Shown here one piece after another: positions 40,252-51,033 of a DNA stretch of 64,000 bases. The position numbers and the translations under genes are program-made. Source of the stretch: a bacterium (GTDB taxonomy: Bacteria; Pseudomonadota; Gammaproteobacteria; GCA-002705445; GCA-002716945); the NCBI GenBank assembly GCA_029979505.1, contig JAPOHH010000006.1, positions 1,237 through 65,236 of the forward strand. Reading direction: 5' to 3'. The notes beneath the pieces are model-generated. The model did no database searches, was not told where the DNA came from, and worked only from the letters and a program-made list of their open reading frames with translations. Position 1 is the stretch's first letter; every line of letters starts with the position of its first letter.

Positions 40252-41188
40252 AAATTGTCAATTATTACTAACTGAACCTAGAGGTTTTTGTGCAGGTGTG
40301 GAACGAGCCATAGGTATAGTCAATAGAGCAATAGAAATGTTTGATGAAAAAATATATGTAAAACATGAGGTTGTGCACAATAAAAATGTGATAGAGGAAC
40401 TCACAAAAAAAGGTGTTGAGTTTATAGAGTCTATAGAGGAAATACCAGATAAATCTATACTGATATACAGTGCGCATGGTGTATCAAAAGAAGTAAGTGA
40501 TATTGCTCAAAGAAAAGATTTGAAAATTTTTGATGCTACTTGTCCTCTTGTAACTAAAGTACATATAGAAATACATAAATACGCGCTTACCAATACGGAT
40601 GTAATATTAATAGGCCATTATGGGCATCCTGAGGTTGAAGGTACTATGGGTCAATATAGCTCTCACAAAGGAAAAATTCATCTCATTGAAAATATTTATG
40701 ATGCAGAGAAATTAGACATAAAAAACGACAAGATAGCATACGTCACTCAAACAACCTTATCAGTAGATGATACGAAAAATATTATTAATTACATTCAAAC
40801 AAAGTATCCAAACATTATAGGCCCTAGAAAAGACGATATATGTTACGCTACGCAAAATAGACAAGAAGCTGTTAAAAGAATCTTAAATTATTGTGATTGT
40901 CTTATAGTAGTAGGATCACAAAATAGTTCGAATTCACAAAGACTTAAAGAGATTGCAATTCAAGATGGTAAGAGAGCTTACCTAATTGATCATGAAAGTC
41001 AGCTTGATATCTCATGTTTAAAAAATAGAAAGGTTATTGGTATAACTGCTGGAGCATCAGCACCTGAGCACACAGTACAATCAATAATCAAATATTTAGT
41101 TGCAGAGGGTGCAAAAATGTCAACCGAGCAAATAGAGTTCAAACAGGAGGCAGTGACTTTTTCTCTACCAAAATCACTCAGAAAGTAA
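40241..41188 (+). CDS. ispH: 4-hydroxy-3-methylbut-2-enyl diphosphate reductase
   Basis: PRGFCAGVERA, DATCPLVTKVH, ICYATQNRQ, SSNS, TAGASAPE. Confidence 0.96.
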   Translation: MILKNCQLLLTEPRGFCAGVERAIGIVNRAIEMFDEKIYVKHEVVHNKNVIEELTKKGVEFIESIEEIPDKSILIYSAHGVSKEVSDIAQRKDLKIFDATCPLVTKVHIEIHKYALTNTDVILIGHYGHPEVEGTMGQYSSHKGKIHLIENIYDAEKLDIKNDKIAYVTQTTLSVDDTKNIINYIQTKYPNIIGPRKDDICYATQNRQEAVKRILNYCDCLIVVGSQNSSNSQRLKEIAIQDGKRAYLIDHESQLDISCLKNRKVIGITAGASAPEHTVQSIIKYLVAEGAKMSTEQIEFKQEAVTFSLPKSLRK

Positions 41189-41191
41189 TTA

Positions 41192-41548
41192 TTAATTTAA
41201 CTCGTGAGTAGTATTACTATCTAAAGATTCATCTGGTTTTTTATAATCAGGGTCATTAGGGTTTATAAAAATAAACTGCTTATCATTACTATCTAGTTCA
41301 ACATAGTCAAGCTTAGTATTTTTAAGATTAATCATAGAATTTGGGTCAATTAGTATATTTATACCGTTTATCTTCAATTGTAAATCTTCTTCTTTAGATT
41401 GATCAAATCCCATAAGATAGTTAAACTTCCCATTATCATCTACACTTAGGGATATACGTAAAGGCCAATCTGAGCTTTCAGAAATTTCTGATGCTTTTTT
41501 AATTTGCTTCGCTGCTTGATCTGTTATTTCAAAAATTTGTTGTACCAT
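41192..41548 (-). CDS. dsrR: IscA/HesB-like protein DsrR (no Cys)
   Basis: IscA-like ITDQAAKQI..YLMGFD..FIFINPN without Fe-S Cys; last gene of dsr operon. Confidence 0.8.
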   Translation of the reverse strand: MVQQIFEITDQAAKQIKKASEISESSDWPLRISLSVDDNGKFNYLMGFDQSKEEDLQLKINGINILIDPNSMINLKNTKLDYVELDSNDKQFIFINPNDPDYKKPDESLDSNTTHELN

Positions 41549-42893
41549 TAACTTTCTCTACGAATTTAATAAAATACTCTACCCAATTAAACGCATCTGT
41601 TGATCTAAGATGAGAAAATGATGCGACAGTATTTTTATAGATTAAACCATCTACTTTTCCATTTATACCATAGCCTCTTTTTATATCAAATGCATAATTG
41701 TAATTCTTTTTTCCGTTTACTAAAGAGGAATAGTGAAATTCATGAGCATGTATCTTGCTATTTTTAATTCCCCATGGATGAGATTGAGGTTGTAATACAG
41801 TATAACCTCTACCAATCGGTTTATCATTCATATTAATATCAATATCAAATACATTACACATTTTATTCATATTATTTTCATATTTTAATCTTTTACACAG
41901 ATACATTAGTCCACCGCATTCTGCATAAACAGGTAAATTATCTTCAATTAGTTTTTTTATAAACTTTCTCATATTAATATTGGACTCGAGTTTCTTTGCT
42001 TCAGTTTCAGGAAAGCCTCCTCCTATAAATAGGGCATTAATTTTTGGCAAACTTTTATCTTTTATGAGATTGATGAATTTTACTTTGTGACCTAATGCAC
42101 GAATATTTTCGAGATCATCCTCATAATAGAAACCAAATGCAGAATCCTTAGCGACTCCAATCGTCATACTATGCTTGTTTTTTAATGGAATTTTATGTGG
42201 CGAAACTTTTATTGTTTCATTTTTATGTTTTGGATATATTTTTTTATAATCAATATTATTTTTAATCATTGTTGTAAGATTTCTAATTATTTTTCCTTTA
42301 TTAGGATGTTGGAATGCTGGTATTAATCCTAAATGTCTTTCATTAATCATGTTCTTAATTAGAGGTATTGACCCAATAATTTTAAGATTTGTATATTCTT
42401 TCACTGCTGATATAAGTTTTATTTCATGCCTAGATGTGGAAACATTATTAAGGATAATATTCTTAATTTTTAACTTTTCATCAAATTTACTATAACCTAA
42501 CAATAATGGAGCAATTCCACGCGTCATGCCGTTACAATCAATAACTAAAATTATTTCTACATTTAGTATCTTTGCCATTTCAGCATTACTATCTTGACCT
42601 GAAGTAGATACACCATCAAACAGCCCTTTTGTTCCTTCTATCAATGAAAAATCAATATTTCTTGATTTATTACGATAATTTAATAACAACTCTTTATTAT
42701 TCATTGTGTTGAAATCTAGATTATAACAAGGCGTTTTTGAAGCTGCTGCTAACCACGACGGATCTATAAAATCAGGACCTTTTTTAAATGTTTGTGTTGT
42801 ATATCCAAGTTCCCTGGCTAGTCCAGCTAAACCAATTGATACAATTGTTTTGCCAGATGACTTTTTTGTCGATGATATCAGAGTAGATTTCAT
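41529..42893 (-). CDS. dsrN: Siroheme amidase DsrN (CbiA-like)
   Basis: SSGKT, KKGPDFID, IEGTKGLFDG, YAECGGLMYL, HEFHYS; after dsrP. Confidence 0.88.
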   Translation of the reverse strand: MKSTLISSTKKSSGKTIVSIGLAGLARELGYTTQTFKKGPDFIDPSWLAAASKTPCYNLDFNTMNNKELLLNYRNKSRNIDFSLIEGTKGLFDGVSTSGQDSNAEMAKILNVEIILVIDCNGMTRGIAPLLLGYSKFDEKLKIKNIILNNVSTSRHEIKLISAVKEYTNLKIIGSIPLIKNMINERHLGLIPAFQHPNKGKIIRNLTTMIKNNIDYKKIYPKHKNETIKVSPHKIPLKNKHSMTIGVAKDSAFGFYYEDDLENIRALGHKVKFINLIKDKSLPKINALFIGGGFPETEAKKLESNINMRKFIKKLIEDNLPVYAECGGLMYLCKRLKYENNMNKMCNVFDIDINMNDKPIGRGYTVLQPQSHPWGIKNSKIHAHEFHYSSLVNGKKNYNYAFDIKRGYGINGKVDGLIYKNTVASFSHLRSTDAFNWVEYFIKFVEKVNGTTNF

Positions 42894-42907
42894 TTAAATA
42901 GTATGTG

Positions 42908-44080
42908 CTATTTTTTTGCAGGTATAAATTTCAAATTGGTTATTAATATTAGTATGATAATCAATGCTAGAGATGTACCACCAATACCAAGCCCAAACTC
43001 ATAAATAGATGGAGTATATCCATGTATATTATTATCAAAGAATGATGATTCAATAATAGTATGATCAGGAAATATATTGAGAGGAAATGCTTGGCCACCA
43101 ATAATAATAACTGCTACAGCAAAGAAGCCGCCTACTATTACCATTATAGATGTTAACGTTAAGGGGAAATCTCTATTGTCTTTATTAGTTAATTCAAAAA
43201 ACAGTGGAATTAATAAACCAAAACCAACCTGGCCTAACCAAAACATAGTTGTATAACCACCGCCATCGAGCAGTATAAATTTTTCTATAGCAATCTGCTT
43301 GGATATATATAAATTGGTTATATGGTATAAGATAAGAAAATAGATGTTAGCTAGTAAAAATATTATTATTAGTTTACGTATATTGACGGTAATTTCTGAC
43401 GGGATAGTTATGTTTTGCATTTTCGATATTATTCGTAATAATAAATAAAATACCGCTGTGCCATATAATAGTGACATTATTATAAATAAAGGAGCTAAAA
43501 CTGCTGTAGAATAAGCTTCCCTTGCAACAAGAAAACCAAATATTGATCCAGTACCTGTGGTCAATATAATTCTCCATCCAAAGGCAAGTTTACCAACTAC
43601 TGATGAAAATTTACTTACATTGAAGTCCAGCATAGTCCAAATATATATAGATAAGATTACAAAAAAACCTGAGTACAAAAAGATATTCCAAGCAAATATT
43701 GACTTAAAATTATAAGTTGTCATTGCAACTATTAACCTGTCTGGTCTTCCCAAATCAAGGACTAATATAATCAACCCAGAAACTAGAAAAGCTATTGCGA
43801 AAAGAGCAGACAATGGCGCTAGTGGCTTATATAGTTTTTTATCAAATGCAGACGACATAGATGCTATATTAAGAACACCGGATGCTATGACTATTAATGT
43901 TACTGCAAATATATGAGGTAAGCCCCATACAATCTGATTATTCATTCCGGTTACATAGTGACCTTCATGTTCCATGTAAGCTGATGATGCCAATCCAAGT
44001 AATACAAGAAATCCTAAAAAAAGGAAAGTTCCCCAATACAGATATCTACATGTTTTAAGTTTTTCTAGAGTATAGTTCAT
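42908..44080 (-). CDS. dsrP: NrfD/PsrC-type membrane subunit DsrP
   Basis: VTGMNNQIVWG, LDLGRPDRL, polytopic; after dsrO. Confidence 0.92.
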   Translation of the reverse strand: MNYTLEKLKTCRYLYWGTFLFLGFLVLLGLASSAYMEHEGHYVTGMNNQIVWGLPHIFAVTLIVIASGVLNIASMSSAFDKKLYKPLAPLSALFAIAFLVSGLIILVLDLGRPDRLIVAMTTYNFKSIFAWNIFLYSGFFVILSIYIWTMLDFNVSKFSSVVGKLAFGWRIILTTGTGSIFGFLVAREAYSTAVLAPLFIIMSLLYGTAVFYLLLRIISKMQNITIPSEITVNIRKLIIIFLLANIYFLILYHITNLYISKQIAIEKFILLDGGGYTTMFWLGQVGFGLLIPLFFELTNKDNRDFPLTLTSIMVIVGGFFAVAVIIIGGQAFPLNIFPDHTIIESSFFDNNIHGYTPSIYEFGLGIGGTSLALIIILILITNLKFIPAKK

Positions 44081-44805
44081 ATATTTGAATAAAAGACTTT
44101 TTGGTCAAGATTTAGATCGTTCCTAAGCCTTCTGGGATTATTAGAATTCATGGCTAATGATATTTTACTGTTTTTATCATTTAAATCTCCAAATGTAATA
44201 GCAGAGTGTCCTAAATTATTACAAGCATCCTCACACGCAGTTGTTTCTGATCCATGATCAATTCTGTTAACACATAAATTGCAACTCTCAACACAGCCCT
44301 TACCTCTAGGCGCATTTGTATTTTGTTGTGTTAGTGTTTCATGGACAAAAGAACGAGCCTTAAAAGGACAAGCCATCATACAATATCTGCAACCGATACA
44401 TGTATGTTGATTCACCATTACTATACCGTCTATTCTTTTAAATGAAGCACCTGTTGGACAAACATCGCAGCATGGTGGGTTTTCACAATGCTGACACATT
44501 AGAGGCATGGTGGTAATTTTATCAGTAGTGTTACTTTTGACTGTAACTTTTCGTATCCATTGTGAATCAGTTTCTGGTCTTCCAAAACCTGTTAAACCAT
44601 TTTCTTCATTACATGCATCTACACATGCAGTACATCCGTCTATACATTTTGATGTGTCTATGTGAATACCCCAACTTTGTTTATCTGATACTTTTTCTGC
44701 TAGTGGTTTTTTAGCATGTGCTTTATTCGAGATTATAGATGGCACGACAAAAGTTATAGCTAAAGCAGTAGCAGATTTCACAAGAAATTTTCTTCTATTT
44801 ATCAT
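44077..44805 (-). CDS. dsrO: Periplasmic ferredoxin DsrO
   Basis: Tat RRKFL; CIDGCTACVDAC, CQHCENPPCCDVCP, CIGCRYCMMACP. Confidence 0.93.
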   Translation of the reverse strand: MINRRKFLVKSATALAITFVVPSIISNKAHAKKPLAEKVSDKQSWGIHIDTSKCIDGCTACVDACNEENGLTGFGRPETDSQWIRKVTVKSNTTDKITTMPLMCQHCENPPCCDVCPTGASFKRIDGIVMVNQHTCIGCRYCMMACPFKARSFVHETLTQQNTNAPRGKGCVESCNLCVNRIDHGSETTACEDACNNLGHSAITFGDLNDKNSKISLAMNSNNPRRLRNDLNLDQKVFYSNI

Positions 44806-45247
44806 ATGTAATGTTATTAGCTAATTCATTTATTTCTTTAACAGAACTACTAGTTATATTTTTATGTTTAGGATAACGAGGTTCTGCAGCATGACATGAA
44901 AAACATGTGATATTTGTAGCTGTTTTTACATGGCATTCCTGGCAAAATTGTCCTTCAGCATTAATAGGTATTGCTTTACCTTGATTATCATATGAAACAT
45001 GACAATCTACACAATTTGCTAAACTATGCTGTTTTGTCCTTACACCATCTATTACAGTTTCATCTCTTTGATGCAGTAAGAACATATAATGCTCTTTTCG
45101 CATTAGATCAGTTGGTTCAACACATGCTTCTTGAGAATCTGCTTTAGACTTCCCTGGAGATACATGTGGATTACCATCATGCGCTTCTACGCCGAGTATA
45201 CCTGCCATTAAGATAAATATCAGAAAAGATATTTTGAGGTGTTTCAA
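44795..45247 (-). CDS. dsrJ: Triheme cytochrome c DsrJ
   Basis: CVDCH, CQECH, CFSCH; CVEP..MRKEH..LLHQRD. Confidence 0.9.
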   Translation of the reverse strand: MKHLKISFLIFILMAGILGVEAHDGNPHVSPGKSKADSQEACVEPTDLMRKEHYMFLLHQRDETVIDGVRTKQHSLANCVDCHVSYDNQGKAIPINAEGQFCQECHVKTATNITCFSCHAAEPRYPKHKNITSSSVKEINELANNITYDK

Positions 45248-45277
45248 TTATTTTCCCCTGATTAAAAGGCGAGTTTT

Positions 45278-47251
45278 TTATTCGCCGAGCCCCATTTTAA
45301 TATAACCAGTTGGACATACATCAGCACAAATATGACAGCCAATACATTTGTTGTAATCTGTATCTACATACCTGCCTAATGTTGCTTCGTCTTTTTTAAC
45401 TCTGAAGACAGCATCTTGTGGGCAGTAAATTACACAATTATCACATTCAAAACACATGCCACAACTCATACATCTAGAAGCCTCCTTAATTGCCTCTTCT
45501 TCTGTAAGTCCTATTATTCTATCTTTGTAATTATCAATGACCTCATCTCCACTAGGTACATCCTCTCCACGTTTAAGTCTATCTTCGTGTTTAAAATGAC
45601 CTAAGAATAATTCAGTTGATGGAATAATTTCTTGTGCAGAACGGTCTTCATAATTATGCAACACATTCTTGCTTGTATCTGAGCCTCTGTATAAATCAGG
45701 GTCTATAGGTGCTGTATAAGGCTCTGGCTCTAAATCAGTTTCTCTCAATTTATCTAGAAGATTAAAATGATGTACATCAACTTTTGGTCTCCTTTTAAAA
45801 TCATTATTTTCGAAATAGCTTTTGATTGTTTGCGAGACTATAGATCCTTGCCCTATCGCTGTTGTGAGTAAGTGTGGTCTGATAATATCACCTGCAACAA
45901 AATGACCTTCTTTTGTTTTATGTCTGTAATAATCGTCGACTTCAAAAAACCCTCTTTCATTACCAAGCTCATCTATACCTTCAATGTCAGGTGACTGACC
46001 AATAGCAGCTACAATCAAGTCAGCTTCAATTCTTTTCTCAGTCCCTTCTACAGGAACTGGAATATTATTTTCATCAAATGTGCATTCTGCAACAATCATC
46101 GCTACTGCTTTGTTATCGTCATTTTTTTCAATTTTAACTGGCATAACACCATTAAGAATTGTTACTCCTTCGTGCATAGCGTCATTTACCTCTTGCTCTG
46201 CAGCAGTCATTTCTTCTTTAGCAAACAATGATGTCAAGGTAACATCTGCACCTTCTTTCGCAGCAGATTCTGATACATCTTGAGCTACATAACCATGAAC
46301 AATGTTTTCTGGAGTATCTTGTTCATTCATTTTAGAGATGTGGCCTAGACGTCGTGCGACTGAGACTACATCAATAGATGTATCTCCACCTCCAACGCAA
46401 ATTACTTTTTTTGAACCCACCTTAAGTCTTCCATCACAAAATGCTTCAAGGAAGTCTACACCTGTTATGCAATTGGTAGCGTCACCACCTTCTACAGGTA
46501 TTGCTTTCCCGTTCCAGCATCCTATTGTCCAAAGAACTGCATCATGAGATTTCTCTATATCATCTAAAGGTAAATCTTTTCCAACACGCTTTCCTAATAC
46601 AACTTCGATATCTCCTAAATTTAAGATTCGTTCTATTTCTTTATCAAGTAAATCTCTAGGAGTTCTGTATCCAGGGATACCGTAGCGCATCATACCTCCA
46701 AGTTCTTTTCTTTCTTCAAAGACTGTTGAGGCGTAACCCATTTTTCTTAGTTGATAAGCTGCAGATAAACCTGCAGGTCCACCACCTATTATCGCTACTC
46801 TCTCTTTATTAAGTTTAGGTGCTTCATCAAATGAATAACCTTCTTCAATAGCTTTATCGCCTATGAATTGCTCAACGGCATTAATTCCTACATAATCATC
46901 AACTTCATTTCTATTACATCCACTCTGGCAAGGTGCGGGGCATACTCTACCCATTTGTGACGGAAACGGATTAGCTGTTGTAGATCTTCTAAATGCATAT
47001 TCTGACATTGACATGTCTTGTGGTGGTTGCTCTATACCTTTTATAATTTGAAGCCATCCTCGGATGTCTTCACCAGAAGGACAGCTACCTTGGCATGGTG
47101 GAGTTTTATGGACATAAGTCGGACATTTATGAGAATGGTCCTGCTCAAAGATTGCCTCTGAGAAATCACTATATGTATGATCTCCCTCATTATACCTTTT
47201 ATAGGTATTTTCCTCTTTCATCAAGTTGATTGTCTTTTCTAATTTAGTCAT
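45278..47251 (-). CDS. dsrL: Iron-sulfur flavoprotein DsrL
   Basis: PPCQGSCP, GGGPAG, GGGDT, C-terminal 2x[4Fe-4S] (CMSCGMCFECDNC; CIGCHICADVCP); TSLF where NADPH types have YRR suggests NADH type. Confidence 0.93.
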   Translation of the reverse strand: MTKLEKTINLMKEENTYKRYNEGDHTYSDFSEAIFEQDHSHKCPTYVHKTPPCQGSCPSGEDIRGWLQIIKGIEQPPQDMSMSEYAFRRSTTANPFPSQMGRVCPAPCQSGCNRNEVDDYVGINAVEQFIGDKAIEEGYSFDEAPKLNKERVAIIGGGPAGLSAAYQLRKMGYASTVFEERKELGGMMRYGIPGYRTPRDLLDKEIERILNLGDIEVVLGKRVGKDLPLDDIEKSHDAVLWTIGCWNGKAIPVEGGDATNCITGVDFLEAFCDGRLKVGSKKVICVGGGDTSIDVVSVARRLGHISKMNEQDTPENIVHGYVAQDVSESAAKEGADVTLTSLFAKEEMTAAEQEVNDAMHEGVTILNGVMPVKIEKNDDNKAVAMIVAECTFDENNIPVPVEGTEKRIEADLIVAAIGQSPDIEGIDELGNERGFFEVDDYYRHKTKEGHFVAGDIIRPHLLTTAIGQGSIVSQTIKSYFENNDFKRRPKVDVHHFNLLDKLRETDLEPEPYTAPIDPDLYRGSDTSKNVLHNYEDRSAQEIIPSTELFLGHFKHEDRLKRGEDVPSGDEVIDNYKDRIIGLTEEEAIKEASRCMSCGMCFECDNCVIYCPQDAVFRVKKDEATLGRYVDTDYNKCIGCHICADVCPTGYIKMGLGE

Positions 47252-47275
47252 TTAATTCATCACTTTATATAAGTT

Positions 47276-47293
47276 TATTATACTTTTCTAATA
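47276..47293. promoter_or_regulatory. Candidate operator, TATTAG-N6-CTAATA palindrome copy (internal dsr promoter region)
   Basis: TATTATACTTTTCTAATA, 25 nt upstream of dsrL in the 78-nt dsrK-dsrL gap. Confidence 0.5.
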
Positions 47294-47329
47294 CATCAAT
47301 TTTAAAAGTATAGCATAAGATTTTTTGAG

Positions 47330-48829
47330 CTAAACCTCTTTTTTGTTCATTATTATTGCATTACTTACTAGCTGATGAAGGCTAACAATTTGGTCTAATT
47401 CCAGATCATAGTATTGAAATACCTTACTAAATTGACTCTTACAAATTGCACATATAGCTGCCATGTGCGTGACGCCTTTCTCATCAATTAGTTGTTTTAA
47501 AGCTTCCATTCTAGGTAGTGCACCCTTTACTCTTAATTCCATCAAATCATCAGTCAGTAGGCCACCACCGCCACCACAGCAGTATGTTTTCTCTCTGATT
47601 GTCTCCTCATCCATATCGTAAAAGTTATTAACAACAGTTTTGATGATTTTTCTGGGTATAGTAAATTGTCCCCCCATTACTCCTCCCATATTTGAAGCAC
47701 GAGCAACATTACAAGAGTCATGATAAGTTAGTGTCATGTCATCATTTGCGCTTTTATCAAACTGTAGGACATTTTGATCAATTAATGAATTAGTGATTTC
47801 ACAGATATGTTGAGGCACTGGATACCTTGGATCTAGGAAATCGAAAGGACCAGCTAAAGTATTTAAAAAGCTATATGCTACTCTCCATGCATGACCACAC
47901 TCACCAAATACAATCCTTTTTACATTAAGCTCTAATGCTGCTTCTCTAATCCTCATAGCAAGTTTTTTCATGTTGTCGTAACTTCCTATAAACATTCCAA
48001 AATTTGCAGCTTCACTAGCATGCGAACTTAGCGTCCAGCTTATTCCTGCTTGGTGAAACACTTTCGCATAGCCTATAAGCCCGTCAACATGTGGTTCGGC
48101 AAAAAAATCTGCAGATGGAGTTACAAGAAGAACTTCTGAATCTTTTACATCTAATGGAAATTTAACATCAACTTCGATATCATCAAGAACATCCTCTTCT
48201 AAGCCTTCAAGTGTATCTGCAAGTGCAGGTTCTGGTAAACCGAGATTATTTCCAATTTTATGAACTTTACTAATTATTTCGTTACAATATTTTTGACCAA
48301 CACCAATAGAATCCATGACTTCTCTTGCTGCCATTGAAACCTCAGCAGTATCAATACCAATAGGACAAAAAACTGCGCACCTTCTGCATTGAGAGCATTG
48401 ATGATAGTAAGAATACCAGTCAGCTAGAACTTCTTTTGTTAAATCCTTTGCACCAACAAGTTTTGGAAAGTACTTTCCTGGTAATGTAAAATATCTTCTG
48501 TACACACTTCGCATTAGATTCTGTCTGCCTACAGGCATATTTTTTGGGTCTTTAGTTCCTTGGTAATAGTGACACTTATCTGTGCATGCGCCACACTGTA
48601 TACAAGAGTCTAAATAAACTCTAAGTGATCTGTATTTGCCTAACAAATCACCCATCTTATCGATAGCTTTTTCTTGCCAGTTATCTACTAATTCTCCAGG
48701 GTAACCAAGACTTGTCTGAAATTCCTCTTTTGATTTAAATGGAGACAGGTGTGCAGTAGCACTATTTTCCAATTTTGGAATAACAGGGAAAGTCCTTACT
48801 TCAGGTGTTTCAAATGTGTTTTTAGCCAT
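47330..48829 (-). CDS. dsrK: DsrK (HdrD-like)
   Basis: CIQCGACTDKC, CSQCRRCAVFCP, GECGH, YHDSC, CCGGGGG, CAIC. Confidence 0.95.
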   Translation of the reverse strand: MAKNTFETPEVRTFPVIPKLENSATAHLSPFKSKEEFQTSLGYPGELVDNWQEKAIDKMGDLLGKYRSLRVYLDSCIQCGACTDKCHYYQGTKDPKNMPVGRQNLMRSVYRRYFTLPGKYFPKLVGAKDLTKEVLADWYSYYHQCSQCRRCAVFCPIGIDTAEVSMAAREVMDSIGVGQKYCNEIISKVHKIGNNLGLPEPALADTLEGLEEDVLDDIEVDVKFPLDVKDSEVLLVTPSADFFAEPHVDGLIGYAKVFHQAGISWTLSSHASEAANFGMFIGSYDNMKKLAMRIREAALELNVKRIVFGECGHAWRVAYSFLNTLAGPFDFLDPRYPVPQHICEITNSLIDQNVLQFDKSANDDMTLTYHDSCNVARASNMGGVMGGQFTIPRKIIKTVVNNFYDMDEETIREKTYCCGGGGGLLTDDLMELRVKGALPRMEALKQLIDEKGVTHMAAICAICKSQFSKVFQYYDLELDQIVSLHQLVSNAIIMNKKEV

Positions 48830-49564
48830 TTATTTACTCTCCATTTTTTTGGCCCACTCTGCCACATGTCTTTTGCTTCTTGCATTATCAACCTGATTTC
48901 TTGTAGGGCTGAAGAACAATCCAGGTGCATGTAATAGTTTACTGTAAGGAAAGATTATCATTAATGCAATGACCAAAGATAGATGAATCAACAAAACTGT
49001 ATCACTTGGTAGTTCAGAAAAATTAAAGGATAACAATCCAGTAAAAAAAAGTTTAATTGCTAGGATATCTGATGGATACCATTTCATTAAAAGACCGGAA
49101 CCAGCTATTGCAATAATTAGAATCAGAATTAAATAATCAGATGGTGAAGAGATATACCTAACTCTATCAACGAATACACGTCTTGCAAATAAACCTAATA
49201 AGCCTGCCAACATAAGATATGCTGCATAATGCCCAGCAACTTGCACTAATTCAAAAGAAACCCAAAACCACACTGGGTCGGTAAAATATTTCAAATGTCT
49301 AAATGCAGCTAATAGAAGTGCTAGGTGGAAGATCCAACTAAAGAGCCATGTCCATTTAGTTGCAGAGAAAAGACTTTCAAAAAAAACAACTTCTCGAAAT
49401 ATTCTAATAGCCACACCTTTTTGAGTCATTGGTGCTGGTGGTGTAGGTATTTTTAGAGGTGCAGGTATGGTTGAGTACTCATATATTCTATAGGCCAACC
49501 CAATAAACAATATTGCAGCAGCGAAGTAGAACAACGCTGCATACAATATAGTTACAAATGACAT
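48830..49564 (-). CDS. dsrM: Membrane cytochrome b DsrM
   Basis: FHLAL, RHL, IHL, FPYSKLLHAPG. Confidence 0.92.
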   Translation of the reverse strand: MSFVTILYAALFYFAAAILFIGLAYRIYEYSTIPAPLKIPTPPAPMTQKGVAIRIFREVVFFESLFSATKWTWLFSWIFHLALLLAAFRHLKYFTDPVWFWVSFELVQVAGHYAAYLMLAGLLGLFARRVFVDRVRYISSPSDYLILILIIAIAGSGLLMKWYPSDILAIKLFFTGLLSFNFSELPSDTVLLIHLSLVIALMIIFPYSKLLHAPGLFFSPTRNQVDNARSKRHVAEWAKKMESK

Positions 49565-49591
49565 TGGCTATCCCTGACCTTGTGATTATTA

Positions 49592-49924
49592 TTATACGCA
49601 ACCAGTTGGTTTAGGAAGACCTGCAAATTTACATGCTTGTTTGCCTGGACCATATGGGAATAGTTCGTATAGATACTTACTGTTTCCTTTTTCTTTACCA
49701 AGTTTTTTACCAACAGCTTTTGTAAGCACTCTTACTGCTGGTGCTATTTGATATTCTTCGTAATATTCACGCAGGAAGTTAATTATTTCCCAGTGATCAT
49801 CACCTAGTTCAATGTCATCTTCCTTTGCCATTACTGTAGCAATATCTTTTTCCCAATCATTTAGATTGGACAGATATCCTTCTTCATCTACTTCTATTTG
49901 TCTGCCATTTACTTCTAATGCCAT
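49592..49924 (-). CDS. dsrC: DsrC with both C-terminal cysteines
   Basis: YELFPYGPGKQACKFAGLPKPTGCV. Confidence 0.96.
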   Translation of the reverse strand: MALEVNGRQIEVDEEGYLSNLNDWEKDIATVMAKEDDIELGDDHWEIINFLREYYEEYQIAPAVRVLTKAVGKKLGKEKGNSKYLYELFPYGPGKQACKFAGLPKPTGCV

Positions 49925-49944
49925 TTTCTTCTCCTAAATTAAGA

Positions 49945-50247
49945 TTAAAGCCAATTTTGTGTTTTTTCATTATCCGCTACTAATTTAACGAAACCTTTAT
50001 AATCCACTATTTCTATATTAGTAGTAAGATTAGAATTATCAAGTCCTCTTGCTTCTAAATCAGGTCCTAAAACATAGAACTTTATATCTCCCTGATGATC
50101 GTGTATATCTTTTTCAAACTGAGTACCTTTAGTGCAGGCATAAACAGCATCCTCAATAAAAAGTATAGATGCTCCTTTTTGAGCATATCGTAAACAGGTG
50201 GTTAAGCTGTCTTTTTCAAATGGTGATTTATTAATTGTATGTAACAT
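49945..50247 (-). CDS. dsrH: Sulfurtransferase subunit DsrH
   Basis: MLHTINKSPF, FIEDAVY, DLEARG. Confidence 0.93.
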   Translation of the reverse strand: MLHTINKSPFEKDSLTTCLRYAQKGASILFIEDAVYACTKGTQFEKDIHDHQGDIKFYVLGPDLEARGLDNSNLTTNIEIVDYKGFVKLVADNEKTQNWL

Positions 50248-50627
50248 TAGAAATTAAAAAATACCTCTGATTCATTGAATAAATTTTTTAAGTCTGATGC
50301 AGGCAATATTTCTACATCAACAGATAAGTCCTCTTCGCTTAGACCTCTTGCTTCTAAAGACTCTTTTTCAACATACAATTTCTCTACATCATACATATCA
50401 AGTGCGCCAAATGTCTTACTAAAGTTTTTAGTGGCAATTCCATCAGTATTTTGTCCTTTTTTTAGCTGATAAACACCATCATCTATAAATGCTAAAGCTA
50501 CATCTTGTTCAAAAGCAGCAGCAATTAGTACTACCTCTAAAGCTTCATGAGCATATATTGTTCCATGAGGAGCTTTCCTGTTTACGTAAATAAATTTTTT
50601 AATTATGCCTGATTCTTGTTCTTCCAT
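50247..50627 (-). CDS. dsrF: Sulfurtransferase subunit DsrF
   Basis: RKAPHGTIYAHEALE, FIDDGVYQL, SLEARGL; start set at 50627. Confidence 0.93.
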   Translation of the reverse strand: MEEQESGIIKKFIYVNRKAPHGTIYAHEALEVVLIAAAFEQDVALAFIDDGVYQLKKGQNTDGIATKNFSKTFGALDMYDVEKLYVEKESLEARGLSEEDLSVDVEILPASDLKNLFNESEVFFNF

Positions 50628-50628
50628 A

Positions 50629-51021
50629 TCAATCACCAAATGTAATCATGCGATCAGCTTGTATACCAGCCTCGATAAGTTGTCCTAAGCCTGAAATTCT
50701 AAATTTGTCCGCAATATTATTTGCATCTTTTTTATTACGTTCCATTTCACCTTGATCTACCATTCCGCGTCTTTGTGCAGCTGCTACACAAAGAACTAAG
50801 TCTAGGTTATGTTTTTCAGCTAATTCAGTCCATCTGTTTGGTATGTGACGGTCATCTTGAGGTGGAGTTGCTAGACGAGTTCCATTATTAACGCCATCAT
50901 GATAGAAGAATACACGATATATTTCATGTCCTTCAGCTATTGCAGCCTCTATAAATTTATAAGCTGAATCAGATGCTTGATGCTGATAGGGGCCTTCATT
51001 GATTAAAACTCCAAACTTCAT
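50629..51021 (-). CDS. dsrE: Sulfurtransferase subunit DsrE
   Basis: GPYQHQAS, FFYHDGV, active Cys in LCVAAAQRRG, SGLGQL. Confidence 0.95.
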   Translation of the reverse strand: MKFGVLINEGPYQHQASDSAYKFIEAAIAEGHEIYRVFFYHDGVNNGTRLATPPQDDRHIPNRWTELAEKHNLDLVLCVAAAQRRGMVDQGEMERNKKDANNIADKFRISGLGQLIEAGIQADRMITFGD

Positions 51022-51033
51022 AAACTGTTTGTA